Below, piece after piece: positions 18,703-27,333 of a stretch of 51,683 bases of DNA. The first letter of the stretch is position 1; every line of letters begins with the position of its first letter. Made by a program: the position numbers and the translations under genes. Source of the stretch: a virus. Its lineage: Duplodnaviria > Caudoviricetes. Location of the stretch: IMG/VR virus record IMGVR_UViG_3300047552_000616, positions 1 to 51,683 of that record. One strand, 5' to 3'. The notes below the pieces were generated by a model that saw only the letters and a program-made list of their open reading frames with translations, was not told the origin of the DNA and did not search any database.

Positions 18703-19147
18703 TATACAATATCACCAAGTTCATGTATCTCTCTGCTCTATCTCTAATCTTACGAGATACTTTAGTAAGATCAAAGCCATGGCGACGATAGCCATCAAAT
18801 CCCATATTCCACATAACATAGACTTCATGATATGTGGCATGTTTACCTGTTGCTTTTTCATATTGGATTAGTAGATGATGTAGATACTCACCAGCTACGC
18901 GAGTAGATATGCTGCTATCTTTAGCATAATGTTTGAAGCTCATAGTAGAACTATATGCTTTCCAAACATCCGCTGTAATCTGATACCGTCCGCGCTCTCC
19001 AGCTCGGCCCACAACATGATCCCGGCATCCAGTCTCTATCATAGACAGAGCTTTGAATACGGGTAGCTCGGGTGTGGCTGAAGTTCTATCTACGAACATA
19101 AAGCCTAGTAATCCCAGATAACAAAGCTTGAGCTGGGATTTAGTCAT
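18689..19147 (-). CDS. Lysozyme-like / lytic transglycosylase with N-terminal hydrophobic anchor
   Basis: ALSMIETG..GRAGERGRYQIT..W and WNMG; N-terminal LCYLGLLGFMFV. Confidence 0.7.
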   Translation of the reverse strand: MTKSQLKLCYLGLLGFMFVDRTSATPELPVFKALSMIETGCRDHVVGRAGERGRYQITADVWKAYSSTMSFKHYAKDSSISTRVAGEYLHHLLIQYEKATGKHATYHEVYVMWNMGFDGYRRHGFDLTKVSRKIRDRAERYMNLVILYSGKN

Positions 19148-19457
19148 GTTTAGCTGTTCCTAGTTGAGATAGTAAACTTGGAAGTGCCTCATATTTCTTC
19201 CAGAATTTATCTTGTTCATCTTTAGTCATTGGCTGTAGTTCGGTTTCTCCGGTATGCAATTCATCATAAGCATCATCCCAAAATCTACTATCAGATATTT
19301 TCTCACGCAACCAATCTTGCATAGCATTAACTGCGTTTGGAAGCATGTGAGTCATTATACCAGATTCTCCTACGATGTATTCTATATCTTTGTAGATATC
19401 ATCCATACACGTATGAAGCCTACCTGTTGTAAGATTTCTAATTCGTTGATTAGTCAT
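19140..19457 (-). CDS. Conserved phage hypothetical protein
   Basis: LTTGRLHT...MTHMLP; ATG at 19457 coupled to the upstream gene. Confidence 0.6.
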   Translation of the reverse strand: MTNQRIRNLTTGRLHTCMDDIYKDIEYIVGESGIMTHMLPNAVNAMQDWLREKISDSRFWDDAYDELHTGETELQPMTKDEQDKFWKKYEALPSLLSQLGTAKHD

Positions 19458-19647
19458 ACTTCCCATTCGTTTCCCAATCCAAAATACATGCAAACATAGC
19501 CCGACGTATCATATCATCAGGTAATGCTACTACTCGAAAGTGATCACACACATTAGGATTGTGTGATCCCCAATCTTTCCACCATTGCTCAAAGGCTTGT
19601 TTGAGCCGAAGGTCATGACATACTACTGGAGGTTTTACTGTTGCCAT
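19450..19647 (-). CDS. Hypothetical protein
   Basis: 65 aa; fits operon packing. Confidence 0.55.
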   Translation of the reverse strand: MATVKPPVVCHDLRLKQAFEQWWKDWGSHNPNVCDHFRVVALPDDMIRRAMFACILDWETNGKYD

Positions 19648-19660
19648 ATAGGTTATTGTG

Positions 19661-20713
19661 TTATTGTGTTACTGTTGTTACTTTACTTTTCATTTCTTCC
19701 AACATCTGTCCCATCTTAGAGATATCGCTTAGCTTAACTCTATTCTTATCCCTATCCAATGGGTTATAAATCTCTTGTTTAAACTCCCGCTTGAGTAATA
19801 CCTCAGCACTATACTCATCAGGCGCGGCGCAACCAACGAAGAATGGACATTCCCCATAGTTACCACTACAAGCTCCATTGCTTAATCCCTGCCTGTTGGG
19901 TATCCATCCATTTGCCAACAGCTGATCCATCCGGCCAATGAGATGCAATAGTTCTCCCTCATATTCCATCAAATCTTTATCAGTAAAGAAGAATGTATCA
20001 GAGAAAGCATACTGTCTTGTTTCACCACTCGAAACAAATATCCCATCAATCATCACGCCAATTCTCTTGTGAACAAATTGGCTATAGAACTCTGAAGTCT
20101 CACCATATGTTTTGACAAACCATTTCCATGCATATAGATATGTCAACATCTGATGGCTGAGTCTATATTGCTTGAAGTAATCCTTAGGTTTATATGCTCC
20201 GGTTGTTTTGTAGTCCCGGATTACATAGACATCATTATGTTTACCTACCCAGTCTATTGTGCCTTGGAGTAGGTAATGTGCTGTGGGAGTTTCTAGAATT
20301 TGGATTGCGAAATTCTGTTCGACAGTGGGACGGGAATTCTTATCGCGACATGGTTGAAGATTGTGGCCACCGAGATATACTTTCTGGTGCCATTCAATAC
20401 ATGTAGCCGTCAGGTATTCTATTGTTAGATAGGATCTATTGGACTTAATTCCCATTGGTGTATCCCGAAAATAGTCTTGGGCTTTGGATACTGCTTCTGG
20501 TAAGCTACCTGTTAACTCTAATTCTTTAGTGAATATATGGAAGGCAATCCCGAACTCTATATCATTGGCATGGATATGGGATCTATATCCATCTATGACA
20601 TTACGCCAGAATTTAAGTAGGCATACAGCAGACCTTAAGGCGGTCGCGTCGAATCTTACTATATACTTTCCGGTCTTTGTGTCGCGTGCTAGGTAGGGGT
20701 AGGTAGTGGTCAT
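19661..20713 (-). CDS. PD-(D/E)XK exonuclease, Cas4/RecB-like with probable Fe-S cluster
   Basis: FGIAFH, E..F, GTIDW, IRDYKTT, QMLTY; one N-terminal Cys plus C-terminal CSGNYGECPFFVGC. Confidence 0.85.
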   Translation of the reverse strand: MTTTYPYLARDTKTGKYIVRFDATALRSAVCLLKFWRNVIDGYRSHIHANDIEFGIAFHIFTKELELTGSLPEAVSKAQDYFRDTPMGIKSNRSYLTIEYLTATCIEWHQKVYLGGHNLQPCRDKNSRPTVEQNFAIQILETPTAHYLLQGTIDWVGKHNDVYVIRDYKTTGAYKPKDYFKQYRLSHQMLTYLYAWKWFVKTYGETSEFYSQFVHKRIGVMIDGIFVSSGETRQYAFSDTFFFTDKDLMEYEGELLHLIGRMDQLLANGWIPNRQGLSNGACSGNYGECPFFVGCAAPDEYSAEVLLKREFKQEIYNPLDRDKNRVKLSDISKMGQMLEEMKSKVTTVTQ

Positions 20714-21058
20714 TTAATTTGTATTTATTTTTTGTTCGGGAGTAAGAGAATCCCAGAAATCTTCGAGAGCTTCGGGCGCGATGGCATTGAGTATGTTGGT
20801 GAACTCAGGAGAATTAAATGTCCCCATTACAATATCCGTGCTTTTACTTTCAATGGGCATAGTTGGACTTATACTTGTAGTGGCACGTGCACCCAAGTCT
20901 TTCGACGAGATTGCAACAGGGACAAAAACGGTATTAGTTATATAGACTGGAACTTGCTTCTCACTATGACATTCGCGAATGCTTAATGGCACAGCAATCA
21001 TAGCAGCTATGATTGTAGCAATAGCAATAACAGAAGCATTCTCAGCTAGATCATTCAT
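20714..21058 (-). CDS. Membrane-anchored hypothetical protein
   Basis: N-terminal TM VIAIATIIAAMIAVPL; YITNTV segment. Confidence 0.6.
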   Translation of the reverse strand: MNDLAENASVIAIATIIAAMIAVPLSIRECHSEKQVPVYITNTVFVPVAISSKDLGARATTSISPTMPIESKSTDIVMGTFNSPEFTNILNAIAPEALEDFWDSLTPEQKINTN

Positions 21059-21065
21059 AAACTTG

Positions 21066-21815
21066 TTAGTTCAATGGCACCTGATTTGAGTTTCCCATAA
21101 CCGGATTCTCAATTATGGCATCCTTTACTCCATAGGGATAAGTTTCCTTCTGTGCATATCCAACCTTCTGCATCCATATAACTCCTGGAATAAGTGTGCG
21201 TGCTTGTGTGAGTGAAGGTTGCCATGAGACTACTGCGCCAGCACTTACTTGAGTGTAGTATTTCAGGTAGGTATCCTCGCCAGCCGGTGCAATCCTAAAG
21301 TTAAACATGATCCAGTAGTTCCTCCCTGTATTACGGCTGTTGTCTATCTTATATACCACATCTCCTTCCCTACTCTCACTTACTCCATTAGTCCCAGCAT
21401 AGAATATCTTCCCATGAAAACTAATAGGTGCTTCAGCTATCTTCACTGGCCAGCTTGGTGTATAGTTAGTGACCCATACGCTACTGCTAAATGTGATAGA
21501 TATATTGGTATAGGAACAGAAGAGTTTGGTTACTGGGTCTTTATAATACCATCGCTCGGTAATATTGACAGCTCCACTCACAGGAATAACATAAGCATTT
21601 GTGGATTTATTCCATGTTTTCATTAAGCATATCCGCTCAATACAATAGTCCGGCCAGACTGTCCACTTAGTTGTTTGGACTGTGCTGTTGGTTAAGTCAT
21701 TCCGTCTGTATAATGTAAACCCCTTTAAGGGCATCACCCGTGGGACATACTCTTGTGCACAGGAAAGGTTAACAGCAGTGAGAACACCTAGGACTAGTAT
21801 TGATTTATTTACCAT
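21066..21815 (-). CDS. Secreted / lipoprotein-like hypothetical protein
   Basis: Signal peptide MVNKSILVLGVLTAVNLSCA; Thr/Asn-rich beta protein. Confidence 0.65.
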   Translation of the reverse strand: MVNKSILVLGVLTAVNLSCAQEYVPRVMPLKGFTLYRRNDLTNSTVQTTKWTVWPDYCIERICLMKTWNKSTNAYVIPVSGAVNITERWYYKDPVTKLFCSYTNISITFSSSVWVTNYTPSWPVKIAEAPISFHGKIFYAGTNGVSESREGDVVYKIDNSRNTGRNYWIMFNFRIAPAGEDTYLKYYTQVSAGAVVSWQPSLTQARTLIPGVIWMQKVGYAQKETYPYGVKDAIIENPVMGNSNQVPLN

Positions 21816-21817
21816 AA

Positions 21818-22114
21818 CTATTTCTTTACGTTCACTTTACTAACATCAATTCCCTTATCTTTAGCCATCTTCAACATCATTGCCATCATCAAATCCATCT
21901 GTCCTGTTGAAGGTCTCGCGCTAGCATTGGGAGATTTCCTGACATTTGCTGTGGGTCTCCTTATCGCGGTGCCTTCTATCGCGGATGACTTCTTAGCTAA
22001 TGTAGATTCAGGTCTACAGAATTTGAAATAGGGCTGAAGTTCAGCTATCAATTCCTGATCCGATATTGCTTCTAGTTCACCAGCGGACTTAGCTAACAGG
22101 AGATCTATGTTCAC
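21818..22114 (-). CDS. Hypothetical protein
   Basis: 98 aa; operon packing. Confidence 0.6.
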   Translation of the reverse strand: MNIDLLLAKSAGELEAISDQELIAELQPYFKFCRPESTLAKKSSAIEGTAIRRPTANVRKSPNASARPSTGQMDLMMAMMLKMAKDKGIDVSKVNVKK

Positions 22115-22797
22115 TAGCTCAACGCTCCTTCCAGTGCACTACTGTATGCTATGATAAATCCGGTGTAGGTTAACTTCAAAACATGAGCATGAGGTATCCC
22201 GGCTATCACTGTGGTAATGTAATCCACATCTGCCTCATACAACTGTAGTCCATTCTTGATTATTGTTGTGCCTTCCTCTGCTGTTAGTAAGAATTCCTCT
22301 AACTCTATCTTCCATTTCTTCTCCGGTTTATCCGGCATGTTAGTTGCGACTTGTCTTGCTCGAAGTTGCTCCATAAAAACTTCATTGCGTTGCTTGACAA
22401 TTTCCTTCCACCTTATCGCGACACAAGAACGCTCCACAGATACGATAGTCCAATCGCGGATTAGTCTGTAGATTCTTGTCGCGGGATTGTCTAGATGCTC
22501 CACTAAGTAACACCATGATTGAGTTATGCGCTGTCGCAATGTCCGGCGTTGCGGGCCATGTGCATCTGGCTTAAGCGGGAATTCAAGTTCGGCTAAGATA
22601 TTGATACTGCCATCGGGGAATAGTAATGTGCTGTCGATATGCTTCTTAAGTTCACTAGCATAGCTATGTCGATAGTATGGATAGTTGCTTAGCGTGCTAC
22701 CACTAGACCGGGGACGATAGTGTCTAGGTCTAACGTAAGTTGTCTTGATTTTAACTAGGTCCATACTAGTCTGTGTCTGATTCTTCCCACGGATCAA
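22114..22797 (-). CDS. Hypothetical protein
   Basis: 227 aa; operon packing. Confidence 0.65.
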   Translation of the reverse strand: MIRGKNQTQTSMDLVKIKTTYVRPRHYRPRSSGSTLSNYPYYRHSYASELKKHIDSTLLFPDGSINILAELEFPLKPDAHGPQRRTLRQRITQSWCYLVEHLDNPATRIYRLIRDWTIVSVERSCVAIRWKEIVKQRNEVFMEQLRARQVATNMPDKPEKKWKIELEEFLLTAEEGTTIIKNGLQLYEADVDYITTVIAGIPHAHVLKLTYTGFIIAYSSALEGALS

Positions 22798-22966
22798 TAG
22801 GATCTAATAGTTTAAGACCTTCCTTTAAGCGAAGAAGGTTTGCTATGTAGCGCATCTCATGAACAGTAAGTGGGATTTCTTCTTGATAATCTTTGTTGAA
22901 GGTATCATCCCAAAGATCACCACATATCTTAGCAGAACAGGCTGCTTCAAATTCTTTTGTTGTCAT
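22766..22966 (-). CDS. Hypothetical protein
   Basis: 66 aa, ATG start. Confidence 0.55.
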   Translation of the reverse strand: MTTKEFEAACSAKICGDLWDDTFNKDYQEEIPLTVHEMRYIANLLRLKEGLKLLDPIDPWEESDTD

Positions 22967-23109
22967 AAACCAAATTTATTCCCAACCAAAATCTCCCCTA
23001 GATACAGACAAGCATCAGGCGAATAGTATATAACATGTTTTGTGTTTTCATCACGACAACTTGAGTTTTAGTTAGCAGTTTGTTACAACTATTGTTTTGG
23101 TTGGGAAAT

Positions 23110-23218
23110 TGGCGAGCGCGGCAGGATTTGAACCTGCAACATGTCTGCCAATTCTGCAAAGTTGACATTGGCTCTGCATCTATTCGGCTTTTGCGTCTTT
23201 ACGTTCCGCCACGCGCAC
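23110..23218 (-). tRNA. Atypical tRNA-like RNA (109 nt) with expanded, non-canonical anticodon/variable region
   Basis: Acceptor GUGCGCG/CGCGCUC+GCCA, D-arm GCG-GAACGUAAAGA-CGC, T-arm GCAGG-UUCAAAU-CCUGC; no standard anticodon arm. Confidence 0.7.
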
Positions 23219-23352
23219 ATAAATTAAACGGTAGCCAGGCGCTGAGCATCTTAGCTACCGGGACATTTATACACCTAAATGTATTTGCCTACTGGGCCTT
23301 GTGCCTTCTGCCCTTACCACTATACTCACAGAAACAACATAACATAAAGCAG

Positions 23353-23487
23353 TGGCGAACTGCCTAGCCTGATTTAGTTTATTGTTAGTAGTCATATAGC
23401 GTGGTCAGTTACTCTACATATTTATTTCACGAAGTTCCTTACGGTTGACTTGGCTCTGGAGACAACTGAATATCAAGCTGACAGAGC
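23353..23487 (-). ncRNA. Candidate structured ncRNA ending CGCCA
   Basis: CUGUC-AGCUUGAU pairs with AUCAGGCU-A-GGCAG; inner UCAGUUG/UAACUGA; CC-GUAA-GG tetraloop. Confidence 0.5.
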
Positions 23488-23496
23488 TTAAATGAA

Positions 23497-23669
23497 TGGC
23501 GACAACGGAGTATGTTTCATGTTCAGTTTTCCGATATAATCGCGGGCCGAAGTTTCTATACAGTTGCCTCGACCGTTAAACAGTCCTCGGAATAAGCGGG
23601 ACTCTCCGCACGATGTCACAAGCATTCTAGAAATGCTTCCAGACTTACGTAGCTTTCGCATTGCCGCCA
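23497..23669 (-). ncRNA. Candidate structured ncRNA ending CGCCA
   Basis: Closing stem UGGCGGCAA/UUGUCGCCA; GC-GAAA-GC, AC-GUAA-GU, AAGCAUU/AAUGCUU and GACUG/CGGUC hairpins. Confidence 0.55.
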
Positions 23670-23682
23670 AAAGTAATATCAC

Positions 23683-24042
23683 CTACCGAATTACAGTCTT
23701 TCCCGTTGGCTTAAATTCCCATTGCTTAATTCCACAGTTAGGCTGCTCAGGTAATGCCAAGATCTTCTGTCCCACTTCCACAGCTTCATCATCCTCTGCC
23801 CATGCTATAATCAAAGCATCGAATCCACTATGCTTGGCCCATAGGAAAGGATTAACATCATCCCGGCCTACCTGACTCTGCAAGTATTCATTAAGCTTGT
23901 TGATCTTTTCGTTGACAGCAGCTTGAGAATATTCTTGTGGGGCTTCAGTCGCGGGCGCTGTAGGTTCCGGCTCAGCTTTAACTTCAGGAATCTCAGCCAG
24001 AGATTTGAGTGTCTTCAATTTACTTAGGTCTAATTTACCCAT
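23683..24042 (-). CDS. Hypothetical protein, first gene after sigma54 promoter
   Basis: 119 aa; A/P/E linker. Confidence 0.65.
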   Translation of the reverse strand: MGKLDLSKLKTLKSLAEIPEVKAEPEPTAPATEAPQEYSQAAVNEKINKLNEYLQSQVGRDDVNPFLWAKHSGFDALIIAWAEDDEAVEVGQKILALPEQPNCGIKQWEFKPTGKTVIR

Positions 24043-24085
24043 ACTATTTTCTTTCGTATAATATTATGCTATTCATTACTCGGCA

Positions 24086-24102
24086 TAGCAAGAACCATGC
24101 CA
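24086..24102 (-). promoter_or_regulatory. sigma54 -24/-12 promoter (ncRNA and replication operon)
   Basis: TGGCATG-GTTC-TTGCTA, intergenic, 44 bp before ATG 24042. Confidence 0.85.
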
Positions 24103-24132
24103 GATATTTGATAGCCTAGTGTTACGTTATCG

Positions 24133-24354
24133 CTAACATCCCCAATTCATCAGTAAGTCATAAGCATTGTATAATTTTCTTAGCCCCTCATATCTACATA
24201 ATACAAAGTCACCATCAGCAAACATACTAAAGTCAGGTATCATTCCATCCCTTGTTATTAGCTTGCCATCTTTAATAATCAATCGGGATGGTTTAGTAAA
24301 TATTTCAGAGATATGTTGAGGTACTATAACTTTTGTTTTCGTTTTCTTTTTCAT
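24133..24354 (-). CDS. Hypothetical protein
   Basis: Likely start MKKKTK at 24354. Confidence 0.55.
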   Translation of the reverse strand: MKKKTKTKVIVPQHISEIFTKPSRLIIKDGKLITRDGMIPDFSMFADGDFVLCRYEGLRKLYNAYDLLMNWGC

Positions 24355-24358
24355 ATTA

Positions 24359-24535
24359 TTAAGGTGCCGGATATTTCTTTGCTGTAAAGTATCCATCTTC
24401 CCATGCTTCGCTCTGAATTTTCTTAATCCAATCTTCTATTGTTTCATTGTTTTGTGCTGTTGATTGAACATCAGTAAAGATCCAATGATTAACTAGAAGT
24501 GCTAGTTCTTCTCTTAATTCAGTGGGTGATTTCAT
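24359..24535 (-). CDS. Small hypothetical protein (58 aa, not in ORF track)
   Basis: MKSPTELREELALLVNHWIF...IKKIQSEAWEDG...; fills the gap; resembles KQIQLDAWKQG in 27711..28064. Confidence 0.55.
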   Translation of the reverse strand: MKSPTELREELALLVNHWIFTDVQSTAQNNETIEDWIKKIQSEAWEDGYFTAKKYPAP

Positions 24536-24540
24536 GTAGC

Positions 24541-25416
24541 TTATTCCATATTAAATATATACTGCGTTATCATACTCTGCAACTGTCGAACATTTCCCAA
24601 CAATGAAAACTCCATCAAACTATCCATTAATGGTTTCCATTCTATGTCATCGGGATCTTCAACCCCATACTTCATCGCGATAGGTTCGATATCTTCTCTG
24701 CGGTTTCGCAATGGCAATATTCTCAACGTAAATGTAGCTAGTCGCCAGTAGAGATCTTCCCTCAACACTGCCATGGGGTTCTGATGTGTAGCTGCTATCA
24801 CCCGTGTGTCGAATGGGATATCTCCTAGTGCTCCAATAGGTCTAGCTTTATGTTCCTGTAAGGCTCTCAATAACTTAGCCTGCAATGGCTTAGGCATATC
24901 TCCAATCTCATCTAGGAATAATGTGCCCTTGTTAGCATAGAATAACAATCCTTCCTTATCCTCATACGCTCCCGTGAAGCTACCTTTCTTGTGACCGAAT
25001 AGCTCGGACTCTACTAGGTAGTCAGGCAAGCTAGTGCAATTCAATGCTACGAAATTCCCGACCCTATTCCCATGCAATGCTCGGGCAATAGTCTCTTTAC
25101 CCGTCCCGGTCTCCCCTAGAATTATCACGGGATGGTTTTCTATGGCTAGCCTGCGGACTATATCTTTCAGCTTAAGCATCTCGGGATTCTTGGTGATGAA
25201 TTTCCTTAGCTCAAATTCACATTCGATACTGGGGATCTTTAGGTCAGTGTATTTGGTTTGGATTCCTCGCCAGAAAGTATTAGCTTGCTGGCGATCACCC
25301 ATTGTGTAGAATCCTTCTACGATTTTAAGTTGCTGTTGAACAATTAGGGGTAAGTGTTCAATGTGTTGGAGGATTGTTAGACCAGATGTTGCTTGTTCGT
25401 GTAGGGGGATAGGCAT
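24541..25416 (-). CDS. sigma54-dependent transcriptional activator (NtrC-family bEBP AAA+), lacking C-terminal HTH
   Basis: GETGTGKE, FVALNC, ESELFGHKKGSFTGA, LFLDEIGDMP, LQAKLLRALQ, RVIAATH, REDLYWRL, PLRNRREDI, GNVRQL; ends ~11 aa later. Confidence 0.95.
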   Translation of the reverse strand: MPIPLHEQATSGLTILQHIEHLPLIVQQQLKIVEGFYTMGDRQQANTFWRGIQTKYTDLKIPSIECEFELRKFITKNPEMLKLKDIVRRLAIENHPVIILGETGTGKETIARALHGNRVGNFVALNCTSLPDYLVESELFGHKKGSFTGAYEDKEGLLFYANKGTLFLDEIGDMPKPLQAKLLRALQEHKARPIGALGDIPFDTRVIAATHQNPMAVLREDLYWRLATFTLRILPLRNRREDIEPIAMKYGVEDPDDIEWKPLMDSLMEFSLLGNVRQLQSMITQYIFNME

Positions 25417-25422
25417 AATGTA

Positions 25423-25716
25423 TTAGTCTTTCAGTTGTTCAACTACTTCGAGTAGTTCATAATTTGTAACAGAAAAATCTTTTATATATTTCTCTGCTTG
25501 TTCTTTTTCTGTGAACAGGAGATTTATATTCTGGCACATAAGAACCCAAAACCTATGTGGTTCAGGTTTGATGCGATAGTCTTCTGGATAACTATTGAAT
25601 ATTGGTTCTGATATATCTTGCCATGTCTCAGCGTTTGCTGACTTTACTTGAATAGTCTTGCCATTTGCATATGCTTCAAACACTGGTAATAATATTTTAA
25701 CTGCTTTTCTTGTCAT
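25423..25716 (-). CDS. Conserved phage hypothetical protein
   Basis: AYANGKTIQ...YRIKPEP motif. Confidence 0.65.
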   Translation of the reverse strand: MTRKAVKILLPVFEAYANGKTIQVKSANAETWQDISEPIFNSYPEDYRIKPEPHRFWVLMCQNINLLFTEKEQAEKYIKDFSVTNYELLEVVEQLKD

Positions 25717-25747
25717 AATGTTATTTGTTACTTGTTATTACTTGTTA

Positions 25748-27022
25748 TTATTTGTTTTGATCCAACTCATCATCTTCAATAAATAATCCCGCCGCTTCTT
25801 CCTCTTCTTCATCCTCTTCCTCATCTCCATCCGCACCTTTCAATAACCTTATGCTTCCCGCCATACTCTCACTGTTAGCATGAGATTGCCCGGCTGCTTC
25901 TAGGATAACATCTTCCCAGCTTTCCTTCTGCCTAACTACTTTCTTTAGGCACTTAAGTTTCATGCTCACTATCGCGGCGACGTGTTCTTCTACTGTGCCC
26001 TTATAGAACAATACAACTTGTGACGTATCACTAAGGCTAGTTAATCGCGGTGCTCGGCCTAAGCCTTGGACTAATTCAATGGCAGAGTATGTTGTGTTGA
26101 GAAATGTTACTCGTTGTCTAGTGGATACCAATGGGATATCTTCTTCATATGCATATCCCGATTCATCTTTCCTTCGGACTTTGTGCTTGGTTAGTTCGTC
26201 AGTGTGATGTAAACTTAGTCCTACTCCACCCGACTTAAATGTGTAGAAACAATACCTGCTTCGGCCCGACTGGAATCTATCTATCTCTTCCTGTCGTTGA
26301 GTCCGGGATTGTGACCCTAAGTTATACCCAGACATATCCCCTAGTCCAGCATCATCCGATTTAAGTTGTTGCTTAATCTTCTTGATTGTTGCTTTCGGGA
26401 TATCATCAAACTTCCCGGACATCATTAATCCAAACACTCGAATAAACTCTGCATTATCAATTCGTTCTGTTTGATTATAGGCTGCATTTCCTCCCCATAT
26501 CAGGGAGATTTCATCTCGCTTTACTTTATATTTCTCTATCAAACATTTAACTGCACGTGCTATTCCTTGTTTGAAGCAGAAGACTGCCACAGGACTTTGA
26601 TCATACTTTGTCCTCGCATCATACATAGCTTCAGCTATTGCTTCAGCTTTACAATTCTCTGCTGCTTCCTTGAACTTCTGCATCTCAGCGAATAGCATGT
26701 AGCCCCTTACCCTGCCATCCAGCTTATCTGCCTTGCTACAAAATTCCATCCACCTTTCCCATGCCGAAGCATAATGCTTACGTTCCCATTCCGTTCTAAA
26801 CTCTAGCAACTGAACACCATTACGAGCATGGAATTGTGGACGTAGATTCTTGATGTCAACTACATGGGGCATGATCTTCTTCATTAGCCTCTCCATAGCT
26901 GATGGAGAATTTTCATCAGGATCTTGCGGGAACGCTATAGCTTTAGCGAATCCAGCCCAGTTTTGGTTAGTGACTTTGCGTTTGGGTGTAGTTATGTTCA
27001 TATCTATATCTATTCTTTCCAT
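25748..27022 (-). CDS. SF2 (SNF2/Strawberry-notch-like) helicase, C-terminal RecA2 fragment
   Basis: AVFCF, IWGG, RQEEIDRFQSG, SGGVGLSLH, QGLGRAPR, GTVEE; acidic tail. Confidence 0.85.
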   Translation of the reverse strand: MERIDIDMNITTPKRKVTNQNWAGFAKAIAFPQDPDENSPSAMERLMKKIMPHVVDIKNLRPQFHARNGVQLLEFRTEWERKHYASAWERWMEFCSKADKLDGRVRGYMLFAEMQKFKEAAENCKAEAIAEAMYDARTKYDQSPVAVFCFKQGIARAVKCLIEKYKVKRDEISLIWGGNAAYNQTERIDNAEFIRVFGLMMSGKFDDIPKATIKKIKQQLKSDDAGLGDMSGYNLGSQSRTQRQEEIDRFQSGRSRYCFYTFKSGGVGLSLHHTDELTKHKVRRKDESGYAYEEDIPLVSTRQRVTFLNTTYSAIELVQGLGRAPRLTSLSDTSQVVLFYKGTVEEHVAAIVSMKLKCLKKVVRQKESWEDVILEAAGQSHANSESMAGSIRLLKGADGDEEEDEEEEEAAGLFIEDDELDQNK

Positions 27023-27333
27023 TTACCTAGTGTCTTTAAGAATGCTTCGGCTCGTTGGCGGGAGGTGGCATTGATGGTTCTGTCGAGAATGAAAGGCTCA
27101 TTTGGTCTTAGTGTCTCCATCAAGACGTGATTGATGCTTACGCGAATGGAGCCTGGTTGAGACATGATCGCCTCGTGCATGGCATTGAGATCTGCGCAGT
27201 AGTTGGGAACATAGGACCAAACGTCGCCCTCGCAATCTGGTTTGTATCCTTCTGGACCATTAACTCTCACAGGATCGATGTCATGCCACCCACAGCACTC
27301 CGCAATCGCGATATTGATTTCGGTGTCGGTCAT
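27010..27333 (-). CDS. Phage hypothetical (ABA-sandwich-like) between helicase fragments
   Basis: INIAIAE..GW...VPNYCADLNAMHEA...ATSRQRAEAFL. Confidence 0.6.
   Translation of the reverse strand: MTDTEINIAIAECCGWHDIDPVRVNGPEGYKPDCEGDVWSYVPNYCADLNAMHEAIMSQPGSIRVSINHVLMETLRPNEPFILDRTINATSRQRAEAFLKTLGKWKE

Noticed and set aside
19661-20713. Cas4 as part of a CRISPR system
   Set aside because: No repeat-spacer array or other cas genes; the Sak4/SSB context indicates a recombination nuclease
23353-23669. tmRNA or RNase P RNA identity for the ncRNA candidates
   Set aside because: No T-arm, tag ORF or P4 consensus visible
18685-27022. Shared N-terminus MERID in ORFs 17803..18702 and 25748..27022
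   Set aside because: Probably upstream of the true starts (MAYLP, MNITT) and overlapping previous gene ends; short match
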